DNA of 64,000 bases from the human T2T-CHM13v2.0 reference genome, Homo sapiens. Positions 30,558 through 44,200 of the stretch are shown in pieces (position 1 is the first letter of the stretch; every line of letters begins with the position of its first letter). The stretch lies in the NCBI RefSeq assembly GCF_009914755.1, contig NC_060940.1. One strand, 5' to 3'. Position numbers and translations under genes: made by a program. The notes beneath the pieces are model-generated. The model did no database searches and was not told where the DNA came from. It worked only from the letters and a program-made list of their open reading frames with translations.

Positions 30558-33500
30558 ATTTGATGATGATTCCATTCGAGTCCACTCGATGATTCCATTC
30601 GAGTCCATTTAATGAATCCATTGGTTTCAATTCTATGATGATTACATTGGATTTCATTCGTTGATGATTTCATTCGGTTCCATTCAATGATGATTCCATT
30701 CAATTCCTTTCAATGTTTCCATTCAATTCCATACGATGATGATTCCATTTGATTTGATTCGACAGTGAGCCATTCGATTCAATTCCATGATGATTCTATT
30801 TGATTCAATTGGTTGACATTTCCATTCGATTCCATTCGATGATGATTCCCTTTGATTCCATTCAAAGATGATTCCATTCTAGCCCATTCAATCATTCCAT
30901 TCGATTCTATTCAATGATGATTCCATTCATGTCGATTTGGTGATTCCACTTGACTTCATTTGATGATGATTCCTTTCAAGTTCATTAGATGATTCCATTC
31001 GATTCCATTTGATGATGATCCCATTCGAGTCCATTCAGTGATTCCATTCGTTTCCATTCCATGATGATTCCATTCCATTCCATTCAATGATTCCATTCGA
31101 TTCCGTTTGATGATGATTTCATTCGAGTCCATTTAATGATTCCATTTGATTCCATTCGATGATGATTCCATTCGAGTCCATTCGATGATTCTATTCGAAT
31201 CCATTTGATGATTTCTTTTGATTATAGTTGGTGATGATTCCATTGGAGTCCATTCAATGATTCCATTCGATTCCAATCGATGATGATTCCATTAGAGTCC
31301 ATTTAATGTTTCCATTTGATTCCAGTCTCTGATGATTACATTCGAGTCCATACGATGATTCCACTCAATTCCATATGATGATGATTCCATTTGATTCCAT
31401 TCGGTGATTCCATTCTATTCTATTCAATGGTGATTCCATTCGAGTACATTAGATGATTCCATTCGATTCCATTCAATGATGATTCTATTTGTGTCCCTTA
31501 GATGATTCCACATGATTCCATTAGATGATGATACTATTTGAGCCCATCCAATGATTCCCTTCGATTCCATTCGATGAGGATTCCATTCGATTCAATTCAT
31601 TGGTGATTCTATTCAATTCAATTCTTTGATTCCATTCCATTCCATTCGACAATGATTCCATTCGATTTCTTTCGATGATTCCACTCGATTCCACTTGACA
31701 TTGATTCCATTCGATTCCATTCAATGATTCCATTTGATTCCAGTGGATGATGATTGCCATCGATTCCATTCGATCACTCCATTCTATTCCATTTGATGAT
31801 GATTACATTCGATTCCATTTGATGATTCCATCTGATTCTATTCGAGGATTCCATTTGATTCCATTCGATGATGATTCCATTCGAGTCCGTTCGATGATTT
31901 CATTCGAGTACATCCAATGATTCCATTCGAGTCCATTAGATGATTCCATTTGATTCCATTTGATAATGATTCTACTAGAGTCCATTCAATGACTCCATTG
32001 GAGTCCATTCAACAATTCCATTCGACTCCATTTGATGATTCCATTGGATTCCATTTGATGATTCCATTCGAGTCCATTTAATCATTACAGTCGAGTCCAT
32101 TTGGTGATTCCACCGGATTTCTTTTGATAATGATACCATTCAATTACATTTGATGATGATCCCATTCAATTTCATTTGATGATGATTCCATTAGAGTCCA
32201 TTCGATGATTTCATTCGAGTCCCTTCATTGATTCCATCCGATTTCATTGGATGATGACTCCATTCGAGTCCATTCGATGATTCCACTCGATTCCATTAGA
32301 TGATTCCATTGGAGTCCATTTGATTGTTCCATTCGATTCCATTCGATTCCTTTCGAAGATTATTCCATTTGAGTCCATTCGATGATGATTCCATTCCATT
32401 CCATTCGATGATTCCGTTTGATTCCATTCGATGATTCCCTTCGATTCCTTTCTTTGATGATTCCATTCCATTCCATTCAATGATTCCATTCGAATCTATT
32501 CCATGATGATTCCTTTCGATTCCATTCGCTGATGTTTCCGTTCAATTCCATTCGATGATGATTCCATTCGATTCCATTCATTGAGGATTCCATTTGATTC
32601 CATTCAATGATGATTCCGTTCTATTCCATTCAATGATTGCATTCAATTCCATTCAGTGATTATCCCCTTAGAGTAAACTCAACGATTCCATTCAATACCA
32701 TTCGATGATGATTCCTTTTGAGTCCATTCAATGATTTCATTCAAGTCCATTTGATGATTCCTTTCAATTCCATTCTATGATGATTCCATTCGAGTCCATT
32801 CGATGATTCCATTCGATTGCATTCGATGATTCCATTATATTCCAGTCAACGATGATTCCATTCGAGTCCATTCGATGATTCCATTAGAGTACATTTAATG
32901 ATTGCTTTGTTTTCAATTCGAAGATGATTACATTGGATTCCATTCTATGATACCATTCGATTCCATTCAATGATGATTCCACTCAAATCCATTGGATGAT
33001 TCCATTCGTGTCCATTCGGTGATTTCATTAGATTCCATTCGAGGATGATTCCATTCGATTCCATTCGATGATTCCATTCAATTCCATTCGAGGATAATTC
33101 CATTCCAGTCCATATGATCATTCCATTTGATTTCATTCGATGATGATTCCATTCGATTCCATTCGATGATTCCATTCTATTCCATTCGATGATGATTCCA
33201 TTCGAGTCCATTCGATGATTCCATTCGAGTCCATTTAATGATTCCATTGGGTTCAATTCAATGATGATTACATTGGATTCCGTTCTATGATTCCATTCAA
33301 TTCCGTTCATTGACAATTTGATTCCATTCGATGATGATTCCATTTGAGTTTATTCGATGATTCTATTCGATTCTCTTCGATGGTGATTCAATTCTATTAT
33401 ATTGGATGATTCCATTCGATTCCATTTGATGTTGATTCAATTCGATTCTATTCGATGATGATTCCATTGGATTTCACTTGATGATTCTATTCGATTCCAT

Positions 33501-36398
33501 TCAATGATGATTCACTTCTCGTCCATTGGATGATTCCATTTCATTCCATTCGATGATGATTCCATTCGATTCCATTCGATGATTCCATTTGATTCCATGC
33601 GTCGGTGAGCAATTCGATTCAATTCCATGATGATTCTATTTGATTCAATTAGATGATGTTTCCATTCGAATCCATTCCATGATTATTCCATTGGAATCCA
33701 TTCGGCGATGATTCCATATGAGTCAATTCAATGATGATTCCATATGGGTCCGTTCGATGATAATTCCATTTGATTTCATTCGGTGCTTCTATTCAATTCC
33801 AGTCGATGATGATTCCGTTGGAGTCCATACGATGATTCCATTTGATTTCATTTGATGATGATTCCATTCGATGATGATTACATTGGATTCCATTCTATGA
33901 TTCCATTCAATTCCATTCGTTGATGATTCGATTCCATTCAATGATGATTCCATTTGAGTTCATTCGATGATTCTATTCGATTCCGTTCGGTGGTGATTCA
34001 ATTCTCTTATATTGGATGATTCCACTCGATTCCATTTGATGATTATTCCATTGGAGTCCACTTAGGGAATCCTTCAGATTCTTCTCGAAGATGATTCCAT
34101 TCAAGTCCATTCAATCATACCATTCAATTTCATTCGTTGATGCTTCCATTCAAGTGCATTCGATGATATCATTCGATTCCATTTGATGATAATTCCATTT
34201 GATTCCATGCGATGATTCTATTCGATTCCATTCAATGATAATTCCATTCAGTTCAGTGATTCCTCTGAACTCCATTTGATGATGATTCCATTCAATGATT
34301 CCATTCGATTCTATTCCAAAATGATTCCATTTGAATCCATTTGATGATGATTCCATTAGATTCCATTTGATGATTCCATTCGATTCCATGCGACGATGAT
34401 TCCATTCGATTCCATGTGATGATTCCATTCTATTCTATTCGATGATGATTCCATTCGATTCCATTCGATGATGATTGGATTCGATTCCATTTGATGATTT
34501 CATTTGATTCCATTCGTTAATGATTTCGATCAATTCCATTCGATGATTCCATTCGATTCCATTCGATAATGATTACATCCGAGTCCATTCGATGATTCCC
34601 TTTGAGCCTGTTCGATAATTCCATTTGAGTCCAACCAATGATTCCATTCATTTCCATTCAATGATTCCATTCGAGTCCATTTGATCATTCCGGTAGGGTC
34701 CATTCGATGTTGATTCCATTGGAGTGCATTCGATGATTCCATTCGAGTCCATTTTAGGATTTGATTCGAGTCCTTTCGATGATTCCATTCGATTCCACTC
34801 GATGATGATTTCATTCGAGTCCATTCGACACTTCCAATCGATTCCATTTGATGATTCCATTCGAGTCCAATTGATGATTCCATTCAATTCCATTCGATGA
34901 TGATTCCGTACGATTCCATTCTGTGATGATTCCATGTGATTGCATTCAATGATGATTCCTTTCGATTGCATTCGATTATGATTCATTTCGTGTTCATTCT
35001 ATGGTTCCACAGGTTTCCATTCGTGTCCATTCCATTATTCCATTCTATTCCATTTGATGATGATTCCATTCGATTCCATTCATTGGTGATTCCACTCAAT
35101 TCCATTCAATGATTCCATTCCATTTCTTTCAACAATGATTCCATTAGTTTCTAATCGATGATCCACTTGATTCCATTTGACGACGATTCCATTCTTGTCC
35201 ATTCGATGATTCCATTTGATTCCATATGATGATGATTCCATTCGATTCCATACCATGATGATTCCATTCGAGTCCATTCAATGGTGATTCCATTCAATTC
35301 CATTCGATGATTCCTTTCGATTCCATTCGATGATGATGGCATTCGATTCCTTTCAATCATTCCCTTTGATTCCATTCAAAGGTGATTTCATTCAAGTCCA
35401 TTCGATAATTGCATTCGATTCCATTCTATGATGATTCCATTCGAGTCCATTTGATGATTCCATTCAATTCAAGTCAATGATGATTCCATTCGATTCCATT
35501 CGATGATTCCATTGGATTCCATTCGATGATGATTCCATTCAAATCCATTCGATAATTCAATTCAAGTCCATTCGATGATGATTCCAATCGAATCCATTCA
35601 AAGATTCCATTCAGTTCCATTCGATGATTCCCTTAGATTCCATTCGATGATTCCACTTGATTGCATTTACGATGATTCCATTCGATTCCATGTGATGATT
35701 CCATTCAATTCTATTCAATGATGTCTCCATTTGATTCCATTCGACCATGATTGCCTTTGATTCCATTCAATGATTCCATTCGGTTCCGTTTGATGATGAT
35801 TCCGTTCGATTCCATTTGATGATTCCATTTGATTCCATTGGATGAGTCCATTCGATTACATTCGATGATTATTCCATTCGAGTGCATTAGATGATTCCAT
35901 TCGAGTCCATTCGATGATTCCATTCGATTCCATTCAACGATGATTTGATTCGTGTCCATTCGATGATTCCATTTGATTCCACTTGATGATGATTCCATTC
36001 GAGTCCATTTGATGATTCCATTCAATTCCATTCTCCGATGATTTCTTTTGAGCCCACTCAATGCTTCCACTCGATTCCATATGATGATGACTCCATTCGA
36101 TGAAATTCGATGATGATTCCATTCGCTTGCTTTCAATGATGATTCCACTTGAGTCCGTTAGAAGATTCTATTCAATTACATTCCATGACGATTCTGTTCG
36201 AGTCCATTTGATGATTCCATTAGACTCCATTCGACGATGATTCCATTCGATGTTATTCGATGATTCCATTCGATCTCATTCGTTGATGATTCCATTCAAC
36301 TCTTTTCGATGTATCCATTCGAGTTCATTCTATTATTCCATTAGATTCAATTCGATGATGATTCCATTCGATTCCATTTGATGATTGCATTCTATTTC
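30558..36398 (+). repeat. Variant unit U6 (5,841 bp; 271-bp deletion at ~35900-35935)
   Basis: ORF 31521->37362 is +5841. The fused ORF 35711..36148 joins the U1-equivalent ORFs 5154..5438 and 5521..5862. Confidence 0.92.
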
Positions 36399-39300
36399 AT
36401 TTGATGATGATTCCATTCGAGTCCACTCGATGATTCCATTCGAGTCCATTTAATGAATCCATTGGTTTCAATTCTATGATGATTATATTGGATTACATTC
36501 GTTGATGATTTCATTCGGCTCCATTCAATGATGATTCTATTCAATTCCTTTCAATGTTTCCATTCAATTCCATACGATGATGATTACATTTGATTTGATT
36601 CGACAGTGAGCCATTCGATTCAATTCCATGATGATTCTATTTTATTCAATTGGTTGACATTTCCATTCGATTCCATTCGATGATGATTCCATTTGATACC
36701 ATTCAAAGATGATTCCATTCTAGCGCATTCAATCATTCCATTCGATTCTATTCAATGATGATTCCATTCATGTCGATTTGGTGATTCCATTTGACTCCAT
36801 TTGATGATGATTCCTTTCAAGTTCATTAGATGATTCCATTCGATTCCATTTGATGATGACCCCATTCGAGTCCATTCAGTGATTCCATTCGTTTCCATTC
36901 CATGATGATTCCATTCCATTCCATTCAATGATTCCATTCGATTCCGTTTGATGATGATTTCATTCGAGTCCATTTGATGATTCCATTTGATTCCATTCGA
37001 TGATGACTCCATTCGAGTCCATTCGATGATTCTATTCGAATCCATTTGATGATTTCTTTTGATTATAGTTGGTGATGATTCCATTGGAGTCCATTCAATG
37101 ATTCCATTCGATTCCAATCGATGGTGATTCCATTAGAGTCCATTTAATGATTCCATTTGATTCCAGTCTCTGATGATTACATTCGAGTCCATGCGATGAT
37201 TCCACTCAATTCCATATCATGATGATTCCATTCGATTCCATTCGATGATTCCATTCTATTCTATTCAATGGTGATTCCATTCGAGTACATTAGATGATTC
37301 CATTCGATTCCATTCAATGATGATTCTATTTGTGTCCCTTAGATGATTCCACATGATTCCATTAGATGATGATACTATTTGAGCCCATCCAATGATTCCC
37401 TTCGATTCCATTCGATGAGGATTCCATTCGATTCAATTCATTGGTGATTCTATTCAATTCAATTCTTTGATTCCATTCCATTCCATTCGACAATGATTCC
37501 ATTCGATTTCTTTCGATGATTCCACTCGATTCCACTTGACATTGATTCCATTCGATTCCATTCATTGATTCCATTTGATTCCAGTGGGTGATGATTCCCA
37601 TCGATTCCATTCGATCACTCCATTCTATTCCATTTGATGATGATTACATTCGATTCCATTTGATGATTCCATCTGATTCTATTCGAGGATTCAATTTGAT
37701 TCCATTCGATGATGATTCCATTCGAGTACATTCGATGATTTCATTCGAGTACATCCAATGATTCCATTCGAGTCCATTTGATGATTCCATTTGATTCCAT
37801 TTGATTATGATTCTACTAGAGTCCATTCAATGACTCCATTCGAATCCATTCAACAATTCCATTCGACTCCATTCGATGATTCCATTCGATTCCATTTGAT
37901 GATTCCATTGGGTTCAATTCAATGATGATTACATTGGATTCCGTTCTATGATTCCATTCAATTCCGTTCATTGACAATTTGATTCCATTCGATGATGATT
38001 CCATTTGAGTTCATTCGATGATTCTATTCGATTCTCTTCGATGGTGATTCAATTCTATTATATTGGATGATTCCATTCGATTCCATTTGATGTTGATTCA
38101 ATTCGATTCTATTCGATGATGATTCCATTGGATTTCACTTGATGATTCTATTCGATTCCATTCAATGATGATTCACTTCTCGTCCATTGGATGATTCCAT
38201 TTCATTCCATTCGATGATGATTCCATTCGATTCCATTCGATGATTCCATTTGATTCCATGCGACGGTGAGCAATTCGATTCAATTCCATGATGATTCTAT
38301 TTGATTCAATTAGATGATGTTTCCATTCGAATCCATTCCATGATTATTCCATTGGAATCCATTCGGCGATGATTCCATATGAGTCAATTCAATGATGATT
38401 CCATATGAGTCCGTTCGATGATAATTCCATTTGATTTCATTCGATGCTTCTATTCAATTCCAGTCGATGATGATTCCGTTGGAGTCCATACGATGATTCC
38501 ATTTGATTTCATTTCATGATGATTCCATTCGATGACGATTACATTGGATTCCATTCTATGATTCCATTCAATTCCATTCGTTGATGATTCGATTCCATTC
38601 AATGATGATTCCATTTGAGTTCATTCGGTGATTCTATTCGATTCCATTCTATGGTGATTCAATTCTCTTATATTGGATGATTCGACTCGATTCCATTTGA
38701 TGATTATTCCATTGGAGTCCACTTAGTGAATCCTTTAGATTCTACTCGAAGATGATTCCATTCGAGTCCATTCGATGATACCATTCAATTCCATTCGTTG
38801 ATGCTTCCATTCAAGTGCATTCGATGATATCATTCGATTCCATTTGAGGATAATTCCATTTGATTCCATGCGATGATTCTATTCGATTCCATTCAATGAT
38901 AATTCCATTCAATTCAGTGATTCCTCTGGACTCCATTTGATGATGATTCCATTCAATGATTCCATTCGATTCTATTCGAAAATGATTACATTTGAATCCA
39001 TTTGATGACGATTCCATTCCATTCCATTTGATGATTCCATACTATTCTATTCGATGATGATTCCATTCGATTCCATTCGATGATGATTGGATTCGATTCC
39101 ATTTGATGATTTCATTTGATTCCATTCGTTAATGATTTCGATCAATTCCATTCGATGATTCCATTCGATTCCATTCGATAATGATTACATCCGAGTCCAT
39201 TCGATGATTCCATTTGAGCCTGTTTGATAATTCCATTTGAGTCCAACCAATGATTCCATTCATTTCCATTCAATGATTCCATTCGAGTCCATTTGATCAT

Positions 39301-41281
39301 TCCGGTAGGGTCCATTCGATGTTGATTCCATTGGAGTGCATTCGATGATTCCATTCGAGTCCATTTTAGGATTTGATTCGAGTCCTTTCGATGATTCCAT
39401 TCGATTCCACTCGATGATGATTTCATTCGAGTCCATTCGACACTTCCAATCGATTCCATTTGATGATTCCATTCGAGTCCAATTGATGATTCCATTCAAT
39501 TCCATTCGATGATGATTCCGTACGATTCCATTCTGTGATGATTCCATGTGATTGCATTCAATGATGATTCCTTTCGATTGCATTCGATTATGATTCATTT
39601 CGTGTTCATTCTATGGTTCCACAGGTTTCCATTCGTGTCCATTCCATTATTCCATTCTATTCCATTTGATGATGATTCCATTCGATTCAATTCATTGGTG
39701 ATTCCACTCAATTCCATTCAATGATTCCATTCCATTTCTTTCAACAATGATTCCATTAGTTTCTAATCGAGGATCCACTTGATTCCATTTGACGACGATT
39801 CCATTCTTGTCCATTCGATGATTCCATTTGATTCCATATGATGATGATTCCATTCGATTCCATACCATGATGATTCCATTCGAGTCCATTCAATGGTGAT
39901 TCCATTCAATTCCATTCGATGATTCCTTTCGATTCCATTCGATGATGATGGCATTCGATTCCTTTCAATCATTCCCTTTGATTCCATTCAAAGGTGATTT
40001 CATTCAAGTCCATTCGATAATTGCATTCGATTCCATTCTATGATGATTCCATTCGAGTCCATTTGATGATTCCATTCAATTCAAGTCAATGATGATTCCA
40101 TTCGATTCCATTCGATGATTCCATTGGATTCCATTCGATGATGATTCCATTCACATCCATTCGATAATTCAATTCAAGTCCATTCGATGATGATTCCAAT
40201 CGAATCCATTCAAAGATTCCATTCAGTTCCATTCGATGATTCCCTTGGATTCCATTCGATGATTCCACTTGATTGCATTTACGATGATTCCATTCGATTC
40301 CATGTGATGATTCCATTCAATTCTATTCAATGATGTCTCCATTTGATTCCATTCGACCATGATTGCCTTTGATTCCATTCAATGATTCCATTCGGTTCCG
40401 TTTGATGATGATTCCGTTCGATTCCATTTGATGATTCCATTTGATTCCATTGGATGAGTCCATTCGATTACATTCGATGATTATTCCATTCGAGTGCATT
40501 AGATGATTCCATTCGAGTCCATTCGATGATTCCATTCGATTCCATTCGATGTTGATTCTGTTCAAATCCATTCGATGATTCCACTCGATTCCATTCGTTG
40601 ACTCCATTTGATCCCATTCGATGATTTCCTTTGATTCCCTTTGATGATCATTCCATTTGATTCAATTCGGTGATTTCATTTGATTCCATTCAGTGATGTT
40701 TCCATTCGACTCCATTCGATGATGATTCCATTCGACTCCATTCGATTATGATTTCATTCAATTCCATTCGATAATGATTCCCTTCGAGTCCATTCGATGA
40801 TTCCATTCGATTCCATTCAACGATGATTTGATTCGTGTCCATTCGATGATTCCATTTGATTCCACTTGATGATGATTCCATTCGAGTCCATTTGATGATT
40901 CCATTCAATTCCATACTCCGATGATTTCTTTTGAGCCCACTCAATGCTTCCACTCGATTCCATATGATGATGACTCCATTCGATGAAATTCGATGATGAT
41001 TCCATTCGCTTGCTTTCGATGATGATTCCACTTGAGTCCGTTAGAAGATTCTATTCAATTACATTCCATGACGATTCCGTTCGAGTCCATTTGATGATTC
41101 CATTAGACTCCATTCGACGATGATTCCATTCGATGTTATTCCATGATTCCATTCGATCTCATTCGATGATGATTCCATTCAACTCCATTCGATGTTTCCA
41201 TTCGAGTTCATTCTATTATTCCATTAGATTCCATTCGATGATGATTCCATTCGATTCCATTTGATGATTGCATTCTATTTC
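36399..41281 (+). repeat. Variant unit U7 (4,883 bp; 1,180-bp deletion at ~37899-37909 and 49-bp shortening at ~39010-39040)
   Basis: Offset to U1 shifts from 36398 (ORF 37644) to 35218 (ORF end 38004; ORF 38811) to 35169 (ORF 39142). Confidence 0.92.
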
Positions 41282-44200
41282 ATTTGATGATGATTCCATT
41301 CGAGTCCACACGATGATTCCATTCGAGTCCATTTAATGAATCAATTGGTTTCAATTCTATGATGATTACATTGGATTCCATTCGTTGATGATTTCATTCG
41401 GTTCCATTCAATGATGATTCCATTCAATTCCTTTCAATGTTTCCATTCAATTCCATACGATGATGATTCCATTTGATTTGATTCGACAGTGAGCCATTCG
41501 ATTCAATTTCATGATGATTCTATTTATTCAATTGGTTGACATTTCCATTCGATTCCATTCGATGATGATTCCCTTTGATTCCATTCAAAGATGATTCCAT
41601 TCTAGCCCATTCAATCATTTCATTCGATTCTATTCAATGATGATTCCATTCATGTCGATTTGGTGATTCCATTTGACTTCATTTGATGATGATTCCTTTC
41701 AAGTTCATTAGATGATTCCATTCGATTCCATTTGATGATGATCCCATTCGAGTCCATTCAGTGATTCCACTCGTTTCCATTCCATGATGATTCCATTCCA
41801 TTCCATTCAATGATTCCATTCGATTCCGATGGATGATGATTTCATTCGAGTCCATTTGATGATTCCATTTGATTCCATTCGATGATGATTCCATTCGAGT
41901 CCATTCGATGATTCTATTCGAATCCATTTGATGATTTCTTTTGATTATAGTTGGTGATGATTCCATTGGAGTCCATTCAATGATTCCATTCGATTCCAAT
42001 CGATGGTGATTCCATTAGAGTCCATTTAATGATTCCATTTGATTCCAGTCTCTGATGATTACATTCGAGTCCATACGATGATTCCACTCAATTCCATATG
42101 ATGATGATTCCATTCGATTCCATTCGGTGATTCCATTCTATTCTATTCAGTGGTGATTCCATTCGAGTACATTAGATGATTCCATTCGATTCCATTCAAT
42201 GATGATTCTATTTGTGTCCCTTAGATGATTCCACATGATTCCATTAGATGATGATACTATTTGAGCCCATCCAATGATTCCCTTCGATTCCATTCGATGA
42301 GGATTCCATTCGATTCAATTCATTGGTGATTCTATTCAATTCAATTCTTTGATTCCATTCCATTCCATTCGACAATGATTCCATTCGATTTCTTTCGATG
42401 ATTCCACTCGATTCCACTTGACATTGATTCCCTTCGATTCCATTCAATGATTCCATTTGATTCCAGTGGATGATGATTGCCATCGATTCCATTCGATCAC
42501 TCCATTCTATTCCATTTGATGATGATTACATTCGATTCCATTTGACGATTCCATCTGATTCTATTCGAGGATTCCATTTGATTCCATTCGATGATGATTC
42601 CATTCGAGTCCATTCGATGATTTCATTCGAGTACATCCAATGATTCCATTCGAGTCCATTTGATGATTCCATTTGATTCCATTTGATTATGATTCTACTA
42701 GAGTCCATTCAATGACTCCATTCGAGTCCATTCAACAATTCCATTCGACTCCATTCGATGATTCCATTCGATTCCATTTGATGATTCCATTCGAGTCCAT
42801 TTAATCATTACAGTCGAGTCCATTTGGTGATTCCGCTGGATTTCCTTTGATAATGATACCATTCAATTACATTTGATGATGATCCCATTCAATTTCATTT
42901 GATGATGATTCCATTAGAGTCCATTCGATGATTTTATTCGAGTCCCTTCATTGATTCCATCCGATTTCATTGGATGATGACTCCATTCGAGTCCATTCGA
43001 TGATTCCACTCGATTCCATTAGATGATTCCATTGGAGTCCATTTGATTGTTCCATTCGATTCCATTCGATTCCTTTCGAAGATTATTCCATTTGAGTCCA
43101 TTCGATGATGATTCCATTCCATTCCATTCGATGATTCCGTTTGATTCCATTCGATGATTCCCTTCGATTCCTTTCTTTGATGATTCCATTCCATTCCATT
43201 CAATGATTCCATTCGAATCTATTCCATGATGATTCCTTTCGATTCCATTCGCTGATGTTTCCGTTCAATTCCATTCGATGATGATTCCATTCGATTCCAT
43301 TCATTGAGGATTCCATTTGATTCCATTCAATGATGATTCCATTCTATTCCATTCAATGATTGCATTCAATTCCATTCAATGATTATCCCATTAGAGTAAA
43401 CTCAACGATTCCATTCAATACCATTCGATGATGATTCCTTTTGAGTCCATTCAATGATTTCATTCAAGTCCATTTGATGATTCCTTTCAATTCCATTCTA
43501 TGATGATTCCATTCGAGTCCATTCGATGATTCCATTCGATTGCATTCGATGATTCCATTATATTCCATTCAACGATGATTCCATTCGAGTCCATTCGATG
43601 ATTCCATTAGAGTACATTTAATGATTGCTTTGTTTTCAATTCGAAGATGATTACATTCGATTCCATTCTATGATACCATTCGATTCCATTCAATGATGAC
43701 TCCACTCAAATCCATTGGATGATTCCATTCGTGTCCATTCGGTGATTTCATTAGATTCCATTCGAGGATGATTCCATTCGATTCCATTCGATGATTCCAT
43801 TCAATTCCATTCGATGATGATTCCATTCGAGTCCATATGATCATTCCATTTGATTTCATTCGATGATGATTCCATTCGATTCCATTCGACGATTCCATTC
43901 TATTCCATTCGATGATGATTCCATTCGAGTCCATTCGATGATTCCATTCGAGTCCATTTAATGATTCCATTGGGTTCAATTCAATGATGATTACATTGGA
44001 TTCCGTTCTATGATTCCATTCAATTCCGTTCATTGACAATTTGATTCCATTCGATGATGATTCCATTTGAGTTCATTCGATGATTCTATTCGATTCTCTT
44101 CGATGGTGATTCAATTCTATTATATTGGATGATTCCATTCGATTCCATTTGATGTTGATTCAATTCGATTCTATTCGATGATGATTCCATTGGATTTCAC

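Noticed and set aside
34060-34070. Single TTAGGG hexamer in U6
   Set aside because: One isolated hexamer created by a point substitution; no evidence of telomere addition.
35711-36148. Longest ORF (145 aa) as a possible novel fusion gene
   Set aside because: It is a by-product of the 271-bp deletion joining two spurious satellite ORFs.
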